This document shows positions 59,001-64,000 of a DNA stretch of 64,000 nt, in pieces. The notes beneath the pieces were generated by a model. That model was not told the DNA's origin. It ran no database searches and worked only from the letters and a program-made list of their open reading frames with translations. Each line of letters opens with the position of its first letter. Position 1 is the first letter of the stretch. The stretch lies in contig JAFGDV010000012.1 of assembly GCA_016931955.1 (NCBI GenBank), positions 1 through 64,000 on the forward strand. Direction: 5' to 3'. The translations under genes were made by a program, and so were the position numbers. This DNA comes from Candidatus Altiarchaeota archaeon (GTDB lineage Archaea; Altiarchaeota; Altiarchaeia; IMC4; QMZM01).

Positions 59001-59174
59001 CAAGTACAAGCCAACCTCAGAGTAGACGGAAAAACACTGAAAACCAAACAAATAACGCCGACCACAGAAAAAGAAACAATACCCGAAGACATGACCACGA
59101 TACTGGCAATACCGTTACTGATAATAAACCTCGCTTTATTAGGAAGCATCACCAAAAAAATAATAAGAAAATAA
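56019..59174 (+). CDS. large secreted surface protein: beta-helix region, Cys-rich repeats, Gly linker, CARDB-like Ig domain, C-terminal TM anchor
   Basis: Signal peptide (MRKTL...ANA); Asn/Ile-rich beta-helix; CGDGYCDGGETC motif; three C.DG..NQGE.G.DCGGPC repeats; V.VENTG; terminal TM helix followed by KKIIRK. Confidence 0.85.
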   Translation: MRKTLYLIIGILITVSLANAQCGYSGTGDWIIDSKIDCKDTSITLNGNILINTGGWLNATNVFFTFNNTGKANETTRGTALEDGGNLTLVDCLYQSNEPVGGTDIEDNPGGWTNTWINVWNDVGNADCRIILNRTTFNGIGMHPLNILNSRYGIYPMEGQMWVDNCTCNKSVNCFISTADSTRGDNRTIRYLKNNKFENISTFPYVFLYDGDSETEYLEITGNTWYGNTYRMGTLDYTEKVKIYDNTASGTPNYGFSNNGASDVLIYNMNISGPPTAVELNSGNHDFEIYNLNITNGGIGCNYGNRNITIHDVDVTGKKAFVGSTAVAGSPNYNNHFYNMTYTFVFGADIVGYLIAYTGENSTIEDITIVGSPTDQTAITTKHATGGTGGSEYYVKNVTYEDISIDNINTGIRMKYFNDSTFRDIRMTNVNSYNIYFSGNNYRNRFINVTHDSVFFDNNDDVFDYYNYLSVNVTGDNVWGIEVYNRTSDLLTSGSTTTGKVEKLEVNEFKQTKVATNLQYPHTIKVTGLVADTDYNVTVNGAYSQTKKTDALGVLTFQENITDNTRMTLKATTDVYPPFITIITPQNTKYAQGALTAEISLDEDGDWCAYSLEGNPNKTMTGAGKSWTTLLTELAKIEYSIKFWCNDTQGHMGSSEKRYFTIVECLADGDCGIGQYCNTGDECKDKKGDGAPCSADKECTSNECCHSICRSVCPYCGDGYCDGGETCGTCPLDCTCAPGGGPGGGTGGSGGAIGTGGIGANCFDGIMNQGETGIDCGGPCKACPSCMDGILNQGETGVDCGGPCGECAIGATAASCYDRIKNQGEQGIDCGGPCKACKTGNILQEKFMIGLNHPSEVEAGDHYTVGVTVENTGDTTLKELNVKVGSQIKTTDLDLTEKKTVEFQLTAPREEGEYMIKVEAYNGTLREEEQTKIQVKPTPLTLRATTVDNTTYIITQTNYTDAVIELIITRENKTVYWDYISEEEHITQIQAGNYQVQANLRVDGKTLKTKQITPTTEKETIPEDMTTILAIPLLIINLALLGSITKKIIRK

Positions 59175-59175
59175 A

Positions 59176-59427
59176 ATGTACATACCCTACCTAAACATAG
59201 ACATAGACCTAATATGGCTGCTAGTGCTAGGAAACATGGGAATGATACTAGCACTAATACTGATACTAATAGAACTACAACAAGTAAGAAAACTGAGGAA
59301 AGCATTCGAACACATGTTCGGACACTACGAAGAACTAATGGAAAAAGACACCAAAATATTCTGGAAAGAACTGGAAGAACTAAAATACATAATAGGAGCA
59401 AACAACAACAAATCAACTGAACAATGA
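59176..59427 (+). CDS. small membrane protein (TM helix plus coiled coil)
   Basis: 83 aa, starts 1 nt after the upstream stop, hydrophobic N-terminus. Confidence 0.65.
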   Translation: MYIPYLNIDIDLIWLLVLGNMGMILALILILIELQQVRKLRKAFEHMFGHYEELMEKDTKIFWKELEELKYIIGANNNKSTEQ

Positions 59428-59627
59428 AGCATACAATCTGACATAGGATACGTGTTCTACGAGATCGAGCTTGCTCTTACCGCCCCCATGCGGTCGACGA
59501 AGGGGATGGAAATAGCCGCAGACCAGGATCTCTAAGAGGATAGGGATACAGCCGCCTGAGACACTAAAAGCCCACCGAAACATCTGATAACGGAGTTGTT
59601 ACTTTCTGGTGTAGCATTTTTAAACAT

Positions 59628-59649
59628 ATGTTACGTTATAATGTAACAT
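59628..59649. promoter_or_regulatory. putative operator palindrome over the ATPase start
   Basis: ATGTTACGTTATAATGTAACAT (one mismatched pair) lies between the TTTTAAA box and the ATG. Confidence 0.6.
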
Positions 59650-60928
59650 GGAACTACGTAAATTAGCCGAAGCCAACCCCTGGTGGCAGACCAAAAAAGT
59701 ACCACAAAACCTCCGAGGACGCGACAGACCCAAATACAGACTACTCCTAAAATCAATCACACAAAAAGAAGTCACAATAATAACCGGAGTCAGACGCTCA
59801 GGAAAAAGCACACTAATGTACCAGACCATAGACAACCTACTCAAAGAAAAAACACCCCCAAAACAGATACTATTCGTCAACCTAGAAGACCCAAGACTCA
59901 CAAACGACACACTAGACGACATATACGAAGCATACAGAAGCGGAATCAACCCCGACCAGAAGGCACACATCTTCCTAGACGAAATACACCGAAGAGAAAA
60001 CTGGGAAAAATGGGTCAAAAGACACTACGACCTCGGCACAGACTGCAAATTCACAATCTCAGGATCATGCTCATACCTCCTGAAAAAAGAATACTCAACA
60101 CTACTCACAGGCAGAAACCTCACCTTCGAAGTATTCCCCCTAAGCTTCCAAGAATACCTCACCTTCAAAGGCATCAACTTAGACGCCGAAGCACTGGAAA
60201 AAGACATCCTCCTAGAGAAACAGAGACACGAAATCCAGAAGGCGATGAACGAATACATGGAAGAAGGAGGCTTCCCAGACGCGTTCTTCAAAGAAGAAGA
60301 CTTCAAGAGACTGCTCCTAACACAATACTTCGACGACATAATATACAAAGACATCGTAGACCGCCACGAACTAAACAGCCGCAAAACAAGAGACCTTGCA
60401 CTATACCTCGCATCCAACATCACCTCCCCACTATCCCTCAGAAACATCAGAAACACGCTCGGACTATCCTACGAATCAATAAAAGACTACATCACATACT
60501 ACGCCGAAGCATTCCTCTTCTTCACAGTCGAACACTTCTCCTACTCCCTCAAAGAACAGAAGACACGCCCCTCAAAAGCATACTGCATAGACAACGGCCT
60601 CCGAAACGCAGTAAGCTTCAAGTTCACAAAAGACGACGGAAAACTAGCCGAAAACCTAGCCTACCTCCACCTAAGACAAAACAAAGACGACATATACTAC
60701 TGGAAAGACAAAAACGAAGTAGACTTCATAACAAAAAACCCCGACCACACACTAACCGCCATAAACGTCACATACACAGATGAAGTGGACGAAAGAGAAA
60801 TAAAGTCGCTCAAAGAATTCAAACAAAAACACAAAAAAACACAAGAACTCATAATAATCACAAAAAACACCCAAAAAACACAAGAAGAAATCAAGTACAT
60901 ACCACTATGGAAGTGGCTGCTAGAATAG
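59648..60928 (+). CDS. COG1373 AAA+ ATPase (AAA_14 + DUF4143)
   Basis: Motifs GVRRSGKS, FLDEIH, LTGR, GGFP, IDNGL and EVDF. Confidence 0.92.
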   Translation: MELRKLAEANPWWQTKKVPQNLRGRDRPKYRLLLKSITQKEVTIITGVRRSGKSTLMYQTIDNLLKEKTPPKQILFVNLEDPRLTNDTLDDIYEAYRSGINPDQKAHIFLDEIHRRENWEKWVKRHYDLGTDCKFTISGSCSYLLKKEYSTLLTGRNLTFEVFPLSFQEYLTFKGINLDAEALEKDILLEKQRHEIQKAMNEYMEEGGFPDAFFKEEDFKRLLLTQYFDDIIYKDIVDRHELNSRKTRDLALYLASNITSPLSLRNIRNTLGLSYESIKDYITYYAEAFLFFTVEHFSYSLKEQKTRPSKAYCIDNGLRNAVSFKFTKDDGKLAENLAYLHLRQNKDDIYYWKDKNEVDFITKNPDHTLTAINVTYTDEVDEREIKSLKEFKQKHKKTQELIIITKNTQKTQEEIKYIPLWKWLLE

Positions 60929-61041
60929 AGACTAACCCAGATACTCCGAGGTTTAATTTACATTTGCCGCCCACGCGGTCGACGAATAAACAAAATTTGC
61001 CGTTACAAGGGCAAAGTTTTAAAAGAAAATTCACCCACAAA

Positions 61042-61088
61042 TGCAATATTTATGCATAAATATTGCAATAGACTGCAATATTTAAATA
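61042..61088. promoter_or_regulatory. putative operator palindromes upstream of the ATPase
   Basis: Perfect 26-bp palindrome TGCAATATTTATGCATAAATATTGCA (61042-61067) overlapping TATTGCA-N6-TGCAATA (61061-61080), abutting TTTAAATA. Confidence 0.65.
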
Positions 61089-61108
61089 CAACAACCACTA
61101 TATATAAC

Positions 61109-62434
61109 ATGGACAAAAACACCCTCAGAGCAACAATAATATCACAAAAAAAAGAAACAAAAAAAATACTAAAACAAGAAAAAATCATAGAAAGAGAACT
61201 ACAAAAAGAAACAGAAAAACAACTAAAAAACAACCTCATCAAGATCACCACAGGCGTCAGAAGATGCGGAAAATCAACCCTCGCCCTACAAACACTCCAA
61301 GACAAAGAACACGCCTACATCAACTTCGACGACGAAAGACTCTACAAGATCACGACAAAAGACCTCGACACAATCCTAGAAACACTATATGAAGTATACG
61401 GAAACTTCAAATACCTCCTCCTAGACGAAATACAGAACATACCTGGATGGGAGCTATACGCAAACAGACTACAAAGACAAGGCCTCAACCTCATAGTAAC
61501 CGGAAGCAACGCAAAACTACTAAGCAAAGAACTTGCAACACACCTAACAGGAAGACACATCACACTTGAACTATACCCCTTCTCCTTCAGAGAATACCTA
61601 AGCTACCACAAAATCAGCCCCCAAAAAGAAGACCTACAAATCGCAGAAGGCATCGGAAAAATCAAAAAACACCTAAGAGACTACATAGAAAAAGGCGGAT
61701 TCCCCGAAACATACAAAATCAAAGACAACACAAGATACCTAAAAGACCTCTACAACTCCATCATAAACCAAGACATCATAAGCAGATACAACATAAAATA
61801 CGCAAACACGCTAAGAGAGATAATCTCCTACACCATCTCAAACTACGCAAGCCCAATAACCTACAAAAAAATAAAAAACATATTCGACATAAAAAGCCAA
61901 CACACAATAAAAAACTACCTCTACTACGCAGAAGAATCATACCTGATAACCCAGAGCCTACAATACACACACAAAATAAAAGAACAAACACGACTGCCCA
62001 AAAAAATCTACGCCATAGACACAGGCCTCATAAAAGCAATAGGATTCAAGGCATCAGAAAACACCGGCAGACTAATGGAAAACCTCATCGCAATAGAACT
62101 ACAGAGAAAAAAAACACAAAACCCCCTCCTAGAAATATACCACTGGAGAGACTACCAAAAAAGAGAAGTCGACTTCGCAGTCAAAGAAGGCCTAAAAGTA
62201 AAGGAACTAATCCAGGCATGCTACGACATCGAAGACCCAAAAACAAAGGAGAGGGAAGAAAAAGCATTGATAAAAGCCGGGAAAGAACTCAGATGCAAAA
62301 ACCTCAAAATAATAACCTGGGACCACGAAGAAACAGGGAGAATAGAGTATATCCCACTATGGAAGTGGCTGCTGCAGCCGACGGGTTTTGTCCCGGCGAC
62401 TGAGGAGAATGTAGTGCCTAACCCAACAAATTAG
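61109..62434 (+). CDS. COG1373 AAA+ ATPase (AAA_14 + DUF4143)
   Basis: Motifs GVRRCGKS, LDEIQ, TGSNA, GGFPE, IDTGL and EVDF; start at MDKNT. Confidence 0.92.
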   Translation: MDKNTLRATIISQKKETKKILKQEKIIERELQKETEKQLKNNLIKITTGVRRCGKSTLALQTLQDKEHAYINFDDERLYKITTKDLDTILETLYEVYGNFKYLLLDEIQNIPGWELYANRLQRQGLNLIVTGSNAKLLSKELATHLTGRHITLELYPFSFREYLSYHKISPQKEDLQIAEGIGKIKKHLRDYIEKGGFPETYKIKDNTRYLKDLYNSIINQDIISRYNIKYANTLREIISYTISNYASPITYKKIKNIFDIKSQHTIKNYLYYAEESYLITQSLQYTHKIKEQTRLPKKIYAIDTGLIKAIGFKASENTGRLMENLIAIELQRKKTQNPLLEIYHWRDYQKREVDFAVKEGLKVKELIQACYDIEDPKTKEREEKALIKAGKELRCKNLKIITWDHEETGRIEYIPLWKWLLQPTGFVPATEENVVPNPTN

Positions 62435-62473
62435 GCACCAAACCCAAAAAAAACACCCCGAATAGGGGAAAAC

Positions 62474-63796
62474 CTAAGGCAACCCCAATAAAGAGAAAAG
62501 CCACGCCGGAATATAATATATTACTATACTATCTGTTCCCCCTCTCCTCAGCTGATTCCTCGTCACCAAAACCGCCTCACCTACACCGTATTTTTCGCAG
62601 AATTTAGTTAGGCTACGAATGTCTTTCTTGTTAATGTAGGTCTGATACTTGACTTCGACAGGCAGCAGCCTTTTGTCCGCTAATACAATATCCACCTCAT
62701 CCTTCTGCGGCGTACGCCAGAAAGATATCTTCTGCAGACTACCCACTATCTGAGACTCTATGAGATGACCTGCTATCCCACCACCTTCAAGCATGCTAAA
62801 GGGTTGATCCAATAACGCCAACACAATAGATGGGTGGACTATGAACTGTTTCTTGCTTGCACGCACCTGCTTAGATACGTTGACAGAGTAGTTGTAGGCC
62901 ACCTTAATCAGAAAAGATTTCTCTAGTAGGCTTACATACTCTGCCGCCTGATTTCGGTTAATCCTGAGGTTGCCTGCTATGTTCACCAACTCAAAGAGTT
63001 GGGCGTTCGCCGCAGCCAGCAGCCTGAGCAATTCGTAGACCACGTTCTCATTCCCCCTGCTAGCCCGACTTATGTCTTCGACGGTTTTCTCTATCACCGA
63101 CTCCCGAATATACTTTTTAATGTATTCTTCGTCGTCTTCGTCAAACAGCTCAGGGAAGGCGCCCCTCTCCAAGTATTGGATGAACAGTTCCATGTATCTA
63201 GCCCTATTCGCAGCGAAATGCAGGTCATATTCTCGTATCATGTTTTCGTTCAAGGCTATCTCGTCCCTAAGACCAAAGTATCTCACAAACTCCCTGAAGG
63301 AAAGTACTGGCAGATGAAAGGATAGTATCCTGCCGGCAAGCGTTTCCCTGTATTTCCTCAGCTCAAGAGACGATGACCCGGAGACAAAAATCTTCAGGTT
63401 CTCTTCGGTGTCATAGACAGTCTTAAGGAGATCAGGGAAGTTAGGAAGCTTCTGCACCTCGTCGAGGAAAAGATACCTCATACCTTTCCCATCAGAAAAC
63501 TCCAGAAAGTAGTTGATTAGATCCCATGCCACCTCATACCTCTGGAAGTCTATGTCGTCGAAGGAGATATAGCAGACGTTCTTTTCTTCGGTCTTCACCA
63601 GAAGCTTCTTTATCATCTGCTTGAGTAAGACAGTCTTGCCTACGCGCCGCAGACCCACGACTGCCAGAATCTGCCTATTTTGACAGTATTTGAGTAGGTC
63701 TCCCATGAGGTCTCTCTCAAACTCTGGAGTAGTGAAGTCTTTTTTCTCCCACCACGGGTTCTGCCTGAAAAGCAGTCTACTGTGTCTTTCGTCCAT
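62474..63796 (-). CDS. COG1373 AAA+ ATPase (AAA_14 + DUF4143)
   Basis: Motifs QNPWW, GLRRVGKT, FLDEVQ, SGSSS and EVD...PVEVK; start at MDERH. Confidence 0.92.
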   Translation of the reverse strand: MDERHSRLLFRQNPWWEKKDFTTPEFERDLMGDLLKYCQNRQILAVVGLRRVGKTVLLKQMIKKLLVKTEEKNVCYISFDDIDFQRYEVAWDLINYFLEFSDGKGMRYLFLDEVQKLPNFPDLLKTVYDTEENLKIFVSGSSSLELRKYRETLAGRILSFHLPVLSFREFVRYFGLRDEIALNENMIREYDLHFAANRARYMELFIQYLERGAFPELFDEDDEEYIKKYIRESVIEKTVEDISRASRGNENVVYELLRLLAAANAQLFELVNIAGNLRINRNQAAEYVSLLEKSFLIKVAYNYSVNVSKQVRASKKQFIVHPSIVLALLDQPFSMLEGGGIAGHLIESQIVGSLQKISFWRTPQKDEVDIVLADKRLLPVEVKYQTYINKKDIRSLTKFCEKYGVGEAVLVTRNQLRRGGTDSIVIYYIPAWLFSLLGLP

Positions 63797-63822
63797 CGTA
63801 TTATCTATTAGGAAGAACATCC

Positions 63823-63883
63823 TTATAAAGTTTATGCACTAAAAACGTGCACAAAATAAAATTTTATGCACAAAAACTGTGCA
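63823..63883. promoter_or_regulatory. TATA box plus two tandem operator-like inverted repeats
   Basis: TGCAC-N7-GTGCA at 63835-63851 and 63867-63883 (32-bp period), next to a minus-strand CTTTATAA box. Confidence 0.6.
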
Positions 63884-64000
63884 CAGAATCTAAAAAGCCA
63901 CAAGATTAAGAACGACGCTATTGATTATCTCCCCAAAAAACCAGGGAAAGCATTCAAACACTACGAATAAAAAAAGAACTGGAAAAACTGAAACATATAG

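Noticed and set aside
1-64000. tRNA or rRNA genes
   Set aside because: No cloverleaf, T-loop or rRNA-like segment was recognised in the intergenic regions; a tRNAscan-SE/Infernal run would be needed to exclude them formally.

Overview
This window appears archaeal: it has TATA-like boxes, short or absent leaders, an archaeosortase, and MNT-HEPN and COG1373 expansions. An Altiarchaeota/DPANN-like lineage is plausible but is inference only. From left to right it contains: (i) an IS200/IS605-type terminal hairpin at the left edge; (ii) a minus-strand nucleotide-sugar operon (gmd, ugd, galE, an epimerase, a perosamine synthase); (iii) large secreted Cys-rich and beta-propeller surface proteins plus three PEF-CTERM-like proteins; (iv) a ~13 kb accessory region (11.5-24.8 kb) holding eight two-gene toxin-antitoxin modules, a three-gene clan-CD protease module and a COG1373 ATPase; (v) a ~29 kb glycosylation cluster headed by an MraY/AglH-like transferase and an archaeosortase; (vi) three tandem COG1373 ATPases. 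The main unexplained structure is in region (iv), where modules are separated by displaced copies of the 3' end of an adjacent surface-protein gene. One array uses the tail of 15514..17604 and another uses the PEF-CTERM sorting-signal tail of 24833..25654. This gives two cassette arrays resembling serial integration at gene ends, with no integrase in the window. All family calls come from motif recognition by eye; no database searches were run.
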